A stretch of 64,000 bases of DNA from Cyanobacteria bacterium P01_F01_bin.150 (GCA_039189765.1 JBCCYL010000007.1:32001-96000); one strand, 5' to 3'. Shown: positions 10,043-21,500, counted from the stretch's first letter. The notes: generated by a model from the sequence alone, not told the origin. A program made the numbers and translations.

Positions 10043-11983
10043 ATGAGCATTTTCACCTGGCGATCGGTCAAAAAAGACTTTGGCATTAAAGAGATTCTTC
10101 GGGACGCCAGTTTCAGTATTGATGAATCTGATAAGGTGGGAGTCATTGGCACCAATGGTTCTGGTAAGTCCACCGTGCTCAAAATGTTAGCAGGTATTGA
10201 ATCCATTGACAGTGGAGACTTTCAGGTCAACCCGAACGTCCGCATAGTGTATCTTCCACAGCAGCCTGATATGGCGGACAATAATACGGTCCTCGAACAG
10301 GTCTTTGCGGATACCGGAGAACAGATGGCCTTGGTGAAAGAATATGAGGACCTGTCCCAGCGTATGGCTCAGGCGGAAGGGGCCGAGATGGAAAAATTGA
10401 TGACCCGACTCTCTGGGGTGACGGAAAAAATGGATGCCACCGGGGCTTGGGAGCTGGAAACTAAGGCGAAGATCGTCCTGAGTAAATTGGGCATTGAAAA
10501 TTTTGGCGATCGCGTTGGCACCCTCTCCGGCGGCTACCGCAAACGCATTGCCCTAGCCACCGCTCTCCTGTCCGATCCAGATATTCTGCTGATGGATGAG
10601 CCAACGAACCACCTAGATGCCGAGTCGGTGGAATGGCTCCAAGATTACCTTAAGCAGTTTCGCGGGGCACTGTTACTAATCACCCACGATCGGTATTTCT
10701 TAGATAGGGTGACCAATCGCATTATCGAAATCGATCGGGGCGATCTTTACACCTACAGCGGCAACTACTCCTACTATTTGCAAAAGAAAGCGGAGCAAGA
10801 AGAGTCGGCCCTCAGCAGTCAGAAAAAGCATGCGGGCATTTTGCGGCGAGAGCTGGCGTGGTTACGCCAGGGGCCTAAGGCCCGGAGTACTAAGCAACGA
10901 GCACGGATCGATCGCATTGAGGACCTTAAGAATAAGGAATTTAAGGAGGCCCAGGGTAAAGTTGATATTACAACGCCTGGACGCCGCATTGGTAAAACCG
11001 TGATTGAGATGGAAGGGATTAGTAAAGGGTATGGCGATCGCAACCTAATTCAAGACTTTACCTACGAATTCTCCCCCGAAGACCGGGTCGGCATCATCGG
11101 CGGCAACGGTGTCGGCAAGTCCACCTTGATGGATATGATCACCGGACGCCTTGAGCCGGACACGGGGCGGGTCAATATTGGCAGTACCATCCACATCGGT
11201 TATTTTGATCAGCACTCTGACGATCTCCAAGCTGCTCTAAACGAAGATGAACGGGTGATCGACTATATCAAGGAAGAAGGCGAATTTGTCGAAACGGCAG
11301 ATGGCTCTAAAATTAGTGCTTCCCAGATGTTGGAGAGATTTCTATTTCCGGGCAATCAACAATATGCACCCATTCATAAACTGTCAGGGGGCGAAAAGCG
11401 GCGGCTGTTTTTGCTACGAGTATTAATGGGTGCGCCCAATGTGCTGATACTGGACGAGCCAACCAATGATTTGGACGTGCAAACCTTAGCCATTTTGGAA
11501 GAGTATCTGGAAAGCTTTAACGGCTGTGTGATTACCGTATCCCACGATCGCTATTTTCTAGACCGGGTTGTTCAACGGATTTTTGCCTTTGAAGCCCAGG
11601 GCCTGGTGAGACAGTATCCCGGTAACTATTCCATGTACTTGGACTTTAAAGCCCGTCAAGGGCCAGACTTTCAAGGCGACTCAGCAAGTATCGATTCAAA
11701 AGAAGAATCTTCCAAAGCAAAAGCGAAAGCAGCTAAACCCAAGCACTCGTCTGGACCTCGTAAACTCTCCTATAAAGAAAAACGAGAGTTGGAAACCCTA
11801 GAGACCCAAATTCCAGAGATGGAGGCTGAAAAAGAGACGATTGAACAGCAGCTTTATAGTAATCCGCCATTAGACTATACAGAGGTTGAAGCCCTGACAA
11901 AGCGGCTGGCTGAGTTGGATGAGACGATTGATCAGTCCACAGAACGCTGGATGGAGTTAGAAGAAATTGCCTCTCAGGAGTAG
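10043..11983 (+). CDS. uup: ABC-F family ATPase (Uup-like)
   Basis: Two ABC domains (GTNGSGKS/LSGG/DEPTNHLD and GGNGVGKS/LSGGEKRR/DEPTNDLD), no TM helices, C-terminal KLSYKEKRELE coiled coil. Confidence 0.9.
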   Translation: MSIFTWRSVKKDFGIKEILRDASFSIDESDKVGVIGTNGSGKSTVLKMLAGIESIDSGDFQVNPNVRIVYLPQQPDMADNNTVLEQVFADTGEQMALVKEYEDLSQRMAQAEGAEMEKLMTRLSGVTEKMDATGAWELETKAKIVLSKLGIENFGDRVGTLSGGYRKRIALATALLSDPDILLMDEPTNHLDAESVEWLQDYLKQFRGALLLITHDRYFLDRVTNRIIEIDRGDLYTYSGNYSYYLQKKAEQEESALSSQKKHAGILRRELAWLRQGPKARSTKQRARIDRIEDLKNKEFKEAQGKVDITTPGRRIGKTVIEMEGISKGYGDRNLIQDFTYEFSPEDRVGIIGGNGVGKSTLMDMITGRLEPDTGRVNIGSTIHIGYFDQHSDDLQAALNEDERVIDYIKEEGEFVETADGSKISASQMLERFLFPGNQQYAPIHKLSGGEKRRLFLLRVLMGAPNVLILDEPTNDLDVQTLAILEEYLESFNGCVITVSHDRYFLDRVVQRIFAFEAQGLVRQYPGNYSMYLDFKARQGPDFQGDSASIDSKEESSKAKAKAAKPKHSSGPRKLSYKEKRELETLETQIPEMEAEKETIEQQLYSNPPLDYTEVEALTKRLAELDETIDQSTERWMELEEIASQE

Positions 11984-12026
11984 AGGAAACGCAATACTTG
12001 CCGAAATTTCCTTAGTTGGTCCCCCA

Positions 12027-15000
12027 TTAATCCTCAATAAAAATAATGCCAGAAGCCAGTGGAGTCTGCTTAAAGCTTACGTTGTCTCGTTTTTCTTCAA
12101 TACTTTTGAGTTTGATGTCTAGTTCACGATTGACTTTTCTCAACTGTCCCTCTGTAGCGGGAATAATTTGAGTTTTCCCCTCCTGTCGGAATCTCTCTAA
12201 ACGAGTGCTCAGCTCTTTCTGTCTCCTTGCTGCAAATGCCCTGGCGCTATTTTCCTGAGTATTGCAGCGATTATCATTGTCAATATAAAAGTCATCTATG
12301 GCCTGACCATAGGTATCCTCAAGGTAGGCATCACACTGCTTTTGGCGCTCAATAAGGCGATCGCTATTACCAACAAAGTTATGGGCATTGGGCTTTAAAC
12401 GTCCATATTTCATTAACGTTGCTAAGACTGATTCTGATTGCTGGTCGGACAGAAATTGTTTATCGTTAACGTTGATAATTTTATAGGCTAGCTGACTCTC
12501 GGTTTTGAGCCCCTGAAACGTCCAGACATGTACAGAGTAAGCATACAGTCCTGGCACCAGCTTTACGGTATTGGGAGAGGCTTGAATTGCCGAAACGGGG
12601 TGTAGGGACTGGGCCGCAGTGGCGTAGCGATCGCGTATCCAAAGAATCAGTGGATGGGTCGGATCAAGCAACTCATTACTTTGGCCCATATGGTCTGACT
12701 GCTTGGGGTTAAAAAAGCAGCCAATTGGAGACCCAGAAGTATGTAAACGAGTCGGGGTCACGCAACGGTTCTGGCTAACAAAAAAGCCTAAGTCAACTTT
12801 AGCTTTTTCCGATAGGCTAATGTGAAATAGACCTGGAGAGCTGGCCAAGGGCTTAATTATGGTGCCGGGATAGTAACGGGCAAAACAATCTTCTACAAAC
12901 GACTGCATTTCTTCTGGCTGTAGCCATCGTCCTTGTTCTCGGCTGTTATTAATTGAATCTAAAATATGGTCTGAAAAGGCCATCATATTGACGGCTTCAT
13001 TTTCCAGTTCTGTTTGTAGCAGCTTATTTTTTTTCAGGGCATCGCCTGTTTCAATCGCTCGCTTTTCCTTTTCTGCTGGAGATAAGTTGGGATTAAATAA
13101 TTCCGCGATCAGCTCCTCGGTCATATCGCCCAGAATATTTTCTAAGTCGCCAATACTTTCCTTAAAAATATCAATCCGCTCGTACAGCTTTTCTAGAATT
13201 CTTTCTTCGACAGTATTGACTAAGCTGAAATTTATAATGGAAATTCGTTCTGCTTTTTGCCCCAATCGATCCAAACGGCCAATGCGCTGTTCCACTCGCA
13301 TCGGGTTCCAGGGTAAATCATAGTTGACTAAAAAATGGCAGTGCTGGAGGTCGATGCCTTCGCTGCCAACTTCAGAGGAGAGCAAAACGGAGGGACCATC
13401 GTCTTGGCGGAAGTGCTCGACTACATCCCATTTGCGATCGCCCATATCCCCCATAATTAAGCAGGTAGAAATCCTATCTGCCTTTAGCCGCCGTTCTAAG
13501 TAGGTCAATGTTCCTCGAAAGTAGGCAAAAATTACAAACTTCTCGGCGGGATTTGCATCGAGAGTGTCTTTTAGAAACTCGACTAACTGAGCGTATTTAC
13601 TATCCTGAGCTTCTAGCTTTTCAATCCACATGGATGGGGACACGTTGGGAGAAAAGAGAGGCCTTGAGCGATCGCGTTGATTCGACGATGCAAAGTATGG
13701 ATCGCCTGGTTCTCGGAGCTGAGGAGAAACGCCAAAGTCTTCCCAAAGGGATTCATTTACCAAATCGTCAAGAATACCGTCTGACTGCCAGGTTTCCAGA
13801 GCGGCTACCATGCAGCTAGCCATTTGTCGTTGCCGAGCCACCAGGCTCAGTAACGATGTGCCCTTTTGTCCTTGGGCCTGTTGGCGAATTTCTTCCGTAA
13901 CCGTTTCATAAATTTGGCGTTCGGGTTCAGAAAAGTGGACCGTCAACGTTTGGGGATCGCGTTTGACTCGATTTGGCAAAACATCACGTTTACGACTGCG
14001 GGTCAGGTATTGGCTTAGTAGGGAGACTTTTTCCAGTTTGTAGCCAAGGTCAACTCGCTGATCGTCGGTGAGGCGATCGCTCCCCTCCAGGGTCTGAGCA
14101 ATTTGCTTTATCAGCGCATTTTCTACAAAGTAGCTGGACTTAGACGCTTGCTGTACTGATTCTTTAGCCTTAGGAGCGTTGGCAGGTTTAGTCCATAAAT
14201 AACGCAGGGCATGGACCACAGGCTGATTGGCCTCCAGCATCTGATCAAACACATCCTCATTAAAAAAATCTTCTGGACTCAGCAACCGCAGAAGCTGATA
14301 TAGATTTGTACTATCGGTTTGAATCGGCGTTGCCGTTAGCAACAGCAGATGATGGGATGCGTCTCTTGCTAGCTGACCAATTCGATGATTGGCGGTGGTG
14401 GCATTTCGCAGATAGTGAGCCTCATCAATAATCACCAGATTAAACAGACTAAACTCATTGCTGGCAGGATTATCGTCCAAAAGTCGAGCCAGTTCAGCCC
14501 TCGCACTGGTTGCCCTTGGCTCTTCCCATCCGCTGGGCGGACGTAAGCCTTCCAAACTGGCAATACAAACAAACGAGGGCTGTTTACGCTGGTTTTCCAG
14601 ACAGAGCCTAGAACGATTTAGCAGCTCCTTAGCATCCACAATATCAGCAAAAATATTAAACCGCTGGAGTAAATCATCCTGCCACTTCTGCCGCAGCATG
14701 GCGGGGCAAATAATTAACAAGCGCCGAGCATCTTCACGGCTCTGGAGTTCTTTCCAGATGTACATTGCCTCAACGGTTTTACCCAACCCCACCTCATCCG
14801 CAATCAAAATTCTCCCCACAGGAGAATTCAAAAATTTAAGCACAGGCTTAAACTGGTGGGCATAGAATGTGGTCTGGCTTGATTCCATGCTGTAAAACAC
14901 ATTTGTAAGCTGTCCCTTCAGTTTTTCAAAGGTCAGAATTCGCCGCAGATCGTCCGGCCCCCCATACCTCCCCTGCCGCATTAAGCCAGCAATACTATCA

Positions 15001-15185
15001 TCATCTCCACACAGCTCCAGAAGATTTTGGGGTTTGTACGTTTTTTCTGCTGGTCCAAACTGTACTTCAACCAAGAGCCTTGTTCCAGCTTGACGAACTT
15101 TTCCTGTCGTTTTGCCGCGTCGCCCTGGATTGGATTTCAATCGAACGTCTTGATCCGCAATTTCTGGATTCCATGTTTGAGCCAT
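12027..15185 (-). CDS. SNF2-family (RapA/DrmD-like) helicase
   Basis: ADEVGLGKT, IDEAH, LTATP, SEVGSEGIDLQ, YDLPWNP and EQRIGRLDRLGQ. Confidence 0.92.
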   Translation of the reverse strand: MAQTWNPEIADQDVRLKSNPGRRGKTTGKVRQAGTRLLVEVQFGPAEKTYKPQNLLELCGDDDSIAGLMRQGRYGGPDDLRRILTFEKLKGQLTNVFYSMESSQTTFYAHQFKPVLKFLNSPVGRILIADEVGLGKTVEAMYIWKELQSREDARRLLIICPAMLRQKWQDDLLQRFNIFADIVDAKELLNRSRLCLENQRKQPSFVCIASLEGLRPPSGWEEPRATSARAELARLLDDNPASNEFSLFNLVIIDEAHYLRNATTANHRIGQLARDASHHLLLLTATPIQTDSTNLYQLLRLLSPEDFFNEDVFDQMLEANQPVVHALRYLWTKPANAPKAKESVQQASKSSYFVENALIKQIAQTLEGSDRLTDDQRVDLGYKLEKVSLLSQYLTRSRKRDVLPNRVKRDPQTLTVHFSEPERQIYETVTEEIRQQAQGQKGTSLLSLVARQRQMASCMVAALETWQSDGILDDLVNESLWEDFGVSPQLREPGDPYFASSNQRDRSRPLFSPNVSPSMWIEKLEAQDSKYAQLVEFLKDTLDANPAEKFVIFAYFRGTLTYLERRLKADRISTCLIMGDMGDRKWDVVEHFRQDDGPSVLLSSEVGSEGIDLQHCHFLVNYDLPWNPMRVEQRIGRLDRLGQKAERISIINFSLVNTVEERILEKLYERIDIFKESIGDLENILGDMTEELIAELFNPNLSPAEKEKRAIETGDALKKNKLLQTELENEAVNMMAFSDHILDSINNSREQGRWLQPEEMQSFVEDCFARYYPGTIIKPLASSPGLFHISLSEKAKVDLGFFVSQNRCVTPTRLHTSGSPIGCFFNPKQSDHMGQSNELLDPTHPLILWIRDRYATAAQSLHPVSAIQASPNTVKLVPGLYAYSVHVWTFQGLKTESQLAYKIINVNDKQFLSDQQSESVLATLMKYGRLKPNAHNFVGNSDRLIERQKQCDAYLEDTYGQAIDDFYIDNDNRCNTQENSARAFAARRQKELSTRLERFRQEGKTQIIPATEGQLRKVNRELDIKLKSIEEKRDNVSFKQTPLASGIIFIED

Positions 15186-15197
15186 CGCGATCGCCTC

Positions 15198-17609
15198 CTA
15201 GGTCATATCTTTGGTATCGCCATAGTGCATTGGCCCGTCAAAAGCCTCATAGGACGATGAATCATCTGATTCGACTTGACTGGGAAGACGGATAGCTGGC
15301 CCTTCCCAATTTGGAATACACAATCCATAAGCCACAGCAAAGCGATTAAAGTTAACGGGATCAATGCCATTAATCGCTAAATTTTTAGGCGGCGGGATGT
15401 CTTTAATTTCATAGGGGGGAATGCTCGCAGAGCCTTGGTTAAACTCTGCGTGAGTCGATTGAATGGTTGTTCGGAAAAAGGGCGTATTTCCTCCACCACC
15501 GCCGACAAAGACGTTTAAGGTTGCATCCAAATCATTTTTATACATGCCACCACGGGCGTCCTGATGCTTCTCGTTGCCATCCATCACTACCGACGCCACA
15601 AGTCTCTGCACATTAAGGCGGGTGGTACTATCCTGTAGCTTGTCATGGAGGGTTTGATCATAGAGTTCAGGATCTGGATTGAGTGAAGAGAGCTGTTGTT
15701 CGGATGCTCTGTTGCCATTTGAGGCTAACATCATGCGAATTTGATGGGACGTACTGCCTAATTCTTTAGCGGCTTGCTGGGCAAAGGCCGTTACCCCTAA
15801 AGGCTGTACCTCCCCTTTGTAGAAATCAACATACTTCCCTCCATCCTGTCGCCAGAACCGAAACGCGGCCCCATCTAACGTACCGTCGCCAATATCAAAG
15901 AATGTATAGAAGCCTTCCTGAGCTTCCCGTGAATCTAAAAATGACCAAACCGCTGCGGCAATTTCCGGTGTCGTCGCACAATCGAGTTCTTGAACTGCGT
16001 TATCAACCATCCATTTTTCTAAATGATCGAGCAATTGTGTTAATGAGGACAATGTCACATTGGGTGTGTTAAGGTCGGTCTGACTTAGGACCCAAGCTAG
16101 AGATAAGACCTTTTGAAATCTGGCTAAAGCAGGAGAATCACAGTATTCTACGGGCACTCCGACATTGATACTCCACCGAACGGTTTGATTGGTCAATAAG
16201 TCAGCATGGTGGCTTTTAATCCATTTTTGGGCACGTTGGATAACCTGACTGAGATAGTAAGCGCTCAAGCGTTCTACTATTATTGGATCATCAAGCTCTG
16301 GCAATTTCTCCAAACGCCATAAAGACTCTGAAGAGGACTCTGACGGTAAATCAAGGTCCGCTAACCGCATTTTAATAAAGTCGATAGTCTGTTCAATACA
16401 GTAGTCTCCTTCTTCCCATTCCGCTAAGGTTAAACCGGTTAGAAGCGTTCCGTCTTCAAGAATAGCGAGTTTAGTGGGAATTAAGGTTTGTTCTAACGGT
16501 AGCGGATGCTCTAACGTATTGATATCGACAAAGGTGACAATTTCAGCCTGATCTCGACTCAAGTCACGAAAACAAACCTTGGTAAATCCTGTCCCAAAGT
16601 CAATTCCAATGTTGAGATCAATATCGTAGTCTTTGCCCGCTGTGGGAAGCTGAGGCACTATATTGTGCCACTGATCCCTGATTAGAGATTCTGAGGATGG
16701 GAGCTGATCTGGATCTGGAGGAATTTCTCTGGCAGAAGACTCAGACGGCGGCTCGGATGGCGCTGGAATAGATCGAAATTCAATCCGCAGGCTGTTAATC
16801 TCTTGCTGAAGCTGAGTCAACAATTCTGAGAGTTGAGTGACATCGGTATCCAATCTGCGGGTCTGTTGATCAACCTCAGTTCTCTGATCCGCAAATGCTT
16901 GCTGCTGAGTTGCAAATGCCTGCTGTTGAGTTTGAGTAAACTGCTGGAGTTGAGATTGCTGGGATGCAAAGGTTTGTTGCTGAGTCTGGGTAAGCTGCTG
17001 AAATCGATCGTCAATTTTCTGGTCGATTTGGTCAAGCTGATCGATTTTGTTGGCGATCGCATCCACCGACGGCAAAAGCTGTTCTAGCTGGGTTGTCCAG
17101 GTATCGACACTCGACACCCGGGCAAATGTGGCCATTTGCTGGTCATGCTGGTTGAGGCGATCGCGCAACTCTCCAACCACATCAGTAAAAGCTTGAACCT
17201 GCTGACTAAGCTCTTGACGCAGGGTTTGTTCTAGAGCCTGAAGTTGAGCTAAGTTATGATTGGTCTGGGGGTCGGGCTGTTCCTGCCGCTGTTCCTGCTG
17301 TTGTTCAAATCGCTGGGCCAAGGCATTCAGCTCTTGCTGGAGCTTCTGTGTATGCTTGGAAAATCCATCGACCCGTCGTTCAAGTTGCTGGACAGAGGTG
17401 TTGGCTTGGGCCAGATGCTGGTCGATATGCTTTGATATTTGCTGTTCTTGCTGACGACGGCTGGCAAGATTAAGAGCAACAGTCACGGAAAGGGGAATAA
17501 CGGAGTAGGCAATTTGCTGGGTGGCGATCGCAATAATGGAGCCGATCCCTGATGCAGAGGCAGATGCATACTCCGCAATATTGAGCAACGAGCGATGATG
17601 AGACGACAT
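15198..17609 (-). CDS. Membrane-anchored coiled-coil protein with a C-terminal actin/Hsp70 (ASKHA)-fold ATPase domain
   Basis: Hydrophobic N-terminus, long Gln-rich coiled coil, then IGIDFGTGFTKV, VGVP, PEIAAA, FDIGDGTLD, VFVGGGGG and AVAYGL. Confidence 0.8.
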   Translation of the reverse strand: MSSHHRSLLNIAEYASASASGIGSIIAIATQQIAYSVIPLSVTVALNLASRRQQEQQISKHIDQHLAQANTSVQQLERRVDGFSKHTQKLQQELNALAQRFEQQQEQRQEQPDPQTNHNLAQLQALEQTLRQELSQQVQAFTDVVGELRDRLNQHDQQMATFARVSSVDTWTTQLEQLLPSVDAIANKIDQLDQIDQKIDDRFQQLTQTQQQTFASQQSQLQQFTQTQQQAFATQQQAFADQRTEVDQQTRRLDTDVTQLSELLTQLQQEINSLRIEFRSIPAPSEPPSESSAREIPPDPDQLPSSESLIRDQWHNIVPQLPTAGKDYDIDLNIGIDFGTGFTKVCFRDLSRDQAEIVTFVDINTLEHPLPLEQTLIPTKLAILEDGTLLTGLTLAEWEEGDYCIEQTIDFIKMRLADLDLPSESSSESLWRLEKLPELDDPIIVERLSAYYLSQVIQRAQKWIKSHHADLLTNQTVRWSINVGVPVEYCDSPALARFQKVLSLAWVLSQTDLNTPNVTLSSLTQLLDHLEKWMVDNAVQELDCATTPEIAAAVWSFLDSREAQEGFYTFFDIGDGTLDGAAFRFWRQDGGKYVDFYKGEVQPLGVTAFAQQAAKELGSTSHQIRMMLASNGNRASEQQLSSLNPDPELYDQTLHDKLQDSTTRLNVQRLVASVVMDGNEKHQDARGGMYKNDLDATLNVFVGGGGGNTPFFRTTIQSTHAEFNQGSASIPPYEIKDIPPPKNLAINGIDPVNFNRFAVAYGLCIPNWEGPAIRLPSQVESDDSSSYEAFDGPMHYGDTKDMT

Positions 17610-17877
17610 GAGGCTACAGAAATTATCCTAAAAGAGTGGACCTACTGGGCATAATTCCCAAGAATAGACGTTCATTATTCATGCAATGGCAACCTCGATG
17701 ATTTTCTTAAAGTTTTCACCGCCTAAGAAACACGACGTGTTTTTTTAATTTTGGATGTGTTATGTCGGTGGAGCCTACACATTAAAGGCTCAGTTCTTAA
17801 ATCCGATGGTATTCAACTTCATGCAGCCAAGTGGCTGTTCTAGAATAAAAGTACTTCACCAAATCTTTTAGGACTTC

Positions 17878-18528
17878 TTGGGTAGCATGGCGACAACAGA
17901 TTCTCTATCAGGCAAAACTAATAAGAAAAATTTCTCTAGCTTTTCTAAAAAAGAAGCATTTAAAGCTCTGGATCTGAAGGATCTAACTCAGTGGAATATT
18001 GAAGCACCTCCTCTTGCTCCCAGTCCGTTTCTAAAGGAAAGACTGGCGCGGCTACAGCGTCACTTTGACTTAGACAGTGGGGAAGAAGCGAAAAAGTTAC
18101 TGATCGACGCTCTATGTGATGAAGCCCTGGAATCGTGCGATCGCCTCAAAATCTGGAAATCAGCCAGCCTAGAAGGAGAACACACAAATGGGGTTGCCGA
18201 TTACCTGGTGGCTGAACGAAAACGGTATTTAGAAGCCCCTTTTCTGTGTATTGTTGAAGCCAAAAAAGATGACTTTGAACAGGGTTTAGCCCAATGTTTA
18301 GTGGAAATGAATGCCTGTGCCTGGACTAATCAGCAAGTCGGACAATCCCTCGATATTATTGGCATTGTGACCAATGGAGAGGGATGGAAGTTTTATAAAT
18401 ATGCCCGTGATGGCTCCATTTACGAAACGCTACTGTTTTCCATCAGCAACCTCGGTGATGTACTAGGGGTCTTGCATTTCCTATTCCATCAATGTGAGTC
18501 CCAACTGGTTGCGGCTGAAAATGAATAA
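17878..18528 (+). CDS. PD-(D/E)xK / HsdR-N-like restriction-endonuclease-fold protein; likely start ATG 17887
   Basis: GVADYLV...IVEAKK...GLAQC...GIVTNGEGWKFY. Confidence 0.75.
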   Translation: MGSMATTDSLSGKTNKKNFSSFSKKEAFKALDLKDLTQWNIEAPPLAPSPFLKERLARLQRHFDLDSGEEAKKLLIDALCDEALESCDRLKIWKSASLEGEHTNGVADYLVAERKRYLEAPFLCIVEAKKDDFEQGLAQCLVEMNACAWTNQQVGQSLDIIGIVTNGEGWKFYKYARDGSIYETLLFSISNLGDVLGVLHFLFHQCESQLVAAENE

Positions 18529-18530
18529 GC

Positions 18531-21500
18531 TTAGGGAGCTGTGGGACTTAGCTCAAAGGTTAGGACAGTCTCATCAACTCCTTTGAGTGCAAGGGGTTCA
18601 AACTTGTTGATTTCCTGATCGTCCAAATAGTCTGCAACAGTCGCCGATACCAGAATGCTGCCAGGATTTGCAACAGTCTGAATACGGGACGCAATATTTA
18701 CGCTGGGACCGATGGCCGTATAGTCTGAGCGTTCTTCACCCCCAAACATACCCACCACAGCAGTGCCTTGATGAATACCGCATCTAAATTGAATCGGGGG
18801 AATCCCCTGTGCTTGCCATTTGGCATTAAGCGCTTCCAGGGACACCAGCATCTGGCGGGCAGATGCGATCGCCTGTCGTACCTGCTCATTTGGGCTGATT
18901 TCCTCAGGCGCACCAAAAATTGCTAGGACCGCATCCCCCATAAACTTATCGACAGTGCCACCATTTTCAAACACTGCACGGGTCATCCCTGCCAGGTATT
19001 CGTTTAAGAGGGATGCCACCCGACGCGATCGCAGCGTGTTAGAAATTTGCGTAAATCCAACAATATCGCTAAATAATACCGTCACCAAGCGAGGCTCAGG
19101 CCGTAGATCCAAACTGAGTTCCCCCTGAGCAGCTTTTTGTACCAACGTAGGGGGGAGAAATCGCCTGAGGACAGACTCTGTTAAGTAGGCATTAAGTTTT
19201 GCCACCCTTTTCTCACTCGCTTTTAGCGCCAGTAAGTTTCGTACTTCTGCCAATAGCTCACGGTGATTAAATGGCTTTGAGAGATAGGCATCCGCCCCTT
19301 TTTCTGCCCCCTCAATCCGCGTGTCCTCGTCTGCTTTAGCGGTTACCAAAACAATCGGTGTCCCCTTTACCTGATCCATTTGGCGAATGTGCTGAATCAT
19401 TTCTAGGCCAGACATCTGAGGCATCATCAAGTCAGTCAGAATTAGATTAGGCATCTGATCCTGCACTATCCGCAGCCCCTCTGCCCCGTTACGGGCAGTG
19501 GAGATTTTGTAGCCAGCTCTTTGCAAAATGGAACCAACATATCCTCTCAAATCGGGATTGTCATCTACGATTAAGATATGAGACTCTGAAGGTACTTCAG
19601 TAATGTCCATTGCACTGGGTGCTGTTCCAATAGCTCCAATTGCCGTGCCCTGGGGAGCGGATGTGTATTGACTATCAGAATTTTGGTCTAGACTTGGCAG
19701 TTGTGATGGATAAATGGTCGGCGTTGGCAATGTTGGTAATGCGGCATCAGGTGCAAGCATATCCGATGCGTCGGCATTAATATCCGCTAATTCTACAAAC
19801 GACTGAGTCCGCTCAATGGTTGCCGATACTTCAGATACCTGGTCTGATGGTAAGTGGTCTGAGCCATGGGGCAAGATGATAGTAAACGCCGTTCCTTGAC
19901 CATATACGGATGACACACTAATTTGGCCTCCGTGTAGTTCCACCAGCTCTTTCACCAATGCCAGTCCTAATCCGCTACCTTCATAATTACGATTGGCAGA
20001 TCCATCTGCCTGACGGAATCGATCAAACAGATAGGGAATTTGATCCGCCCGGATGCCAATCCCAGTATCCTGAACCTTTAATGTACAGTGCTCACCTTCC
20101 GATACCAATGTAATATGAATAGAGCCGCCAGATGGCGTAAACTTCATGGCATTGGATAGTAGGTTGTACAAAACCTTGTCAAATTTTTCTACATCCAAAT
20201 ACAAGGGTGGGACATCTGCTAAAGCTGTCATTAAGGTGATGCCCTTCTTCTCACAATAAGATTGGAAGGATTCCACAACTTGCTGAACAAAGTGCTTTAC
20301 TAGACAAGGCGTGAAGGTTGGTTGCATTCGCCCTGCATCTAATCGCTGCAAGTCTAGAAGTTGATTCACCAAACGCAGTAGGCGACGGGAATTTCGGAGA
20401 GCGATTATGGCTTGGTCGTAACTCAAGCCTTCTTTATGTTCAACACAAGCTTCTAAAGGCCCAATATTAAGAGTCAGGGGTGTTCGGAATTCATGGGAAA
20501 TATTCTGGAAAAATTCGGTCTTTTGTCGATCCAACTCTAGGAGTTTTTCAGACTGCTGCAGGGTTGTCTGGAATAAGTTGGATTGCTGCACTGCGATCGC
20601 TGCCTGGGCTGCTACGACTTGAGCCAGATCAATCGCGTCGGCTTCCCAGTGGCGTGGCTCTTTGACCTGACGCAACGAAATACTGCCAATAATAGCTCCA
20701 TCGGACAGCAATGGAACCACCAATAAAGATCGTGCAGGCAGTCGTAAAGGCAAATCTAAGATATTTAATTCAGGGCGACTAGCTAAGTCATCCACAATCA
20801 CAGGAGATTGGGTTTCAAGCAGTTCTTTAAGGACTGGATTTCCCTCAATGGGGACCAATGACTTTGGTAAGGGCGATCGCTCTTTATTATCAGAATAATT
20901 AATCTCCGAACCATTTACATTTACGCTGCTCTCAGACGACTTTTCGGATGCTGTCACAGATGATTCATACAGGCCAACACATTCCACATAAATATCGTCT
21001 TTAGTCCACAGTGACAACGCACAGCCATCTACCTGTAAAGCCTCTCCCAACTGATGGGTGATAGCAGCAAAAATATCCTCCGGGTCTAAACTGGAACGAA
21101 TAGCTGTCGTAATCGTATTGACTAGCGCTTCGCGCTTTGCTAAAGCCCTAACCTGCTCATAGGTCTGAGCTTGGGAAAATGCCAAGGCTGCCTGATTGGC
21201 CACCATCGCAATTAGCTTAATATCATCGTCTTCCCATGTTTGCTCTTGCCCAATATGGTGGAGTGCAAGAACAGCCAATAATTCAGCTTGATAAACAAAG
21301 GGTACAAGGAGACTGGACCGGATATTTAGTGATTGGTAGCCATCTTGCACATGAATTGGAATATCGGCATACGCTAAGCTCTGATCCCTGCCGTTTAATA
21401 AGCGAATACTGCGAACTTCACGGGTAGGCCAAACCATTTGGGACAAGGTTTCGATAAAAGGCGGAGCCTGATCTTTTGTTAAGCAGTCACTCAGCTCAGG

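Noticed and set aside
12027..15185. Calling the helicase DISARM drmD, BREX or rapA
   Set aside because: No methyltransferase, drmA/B/C or pglZ partners are present, and orthology cannot be established by eye.
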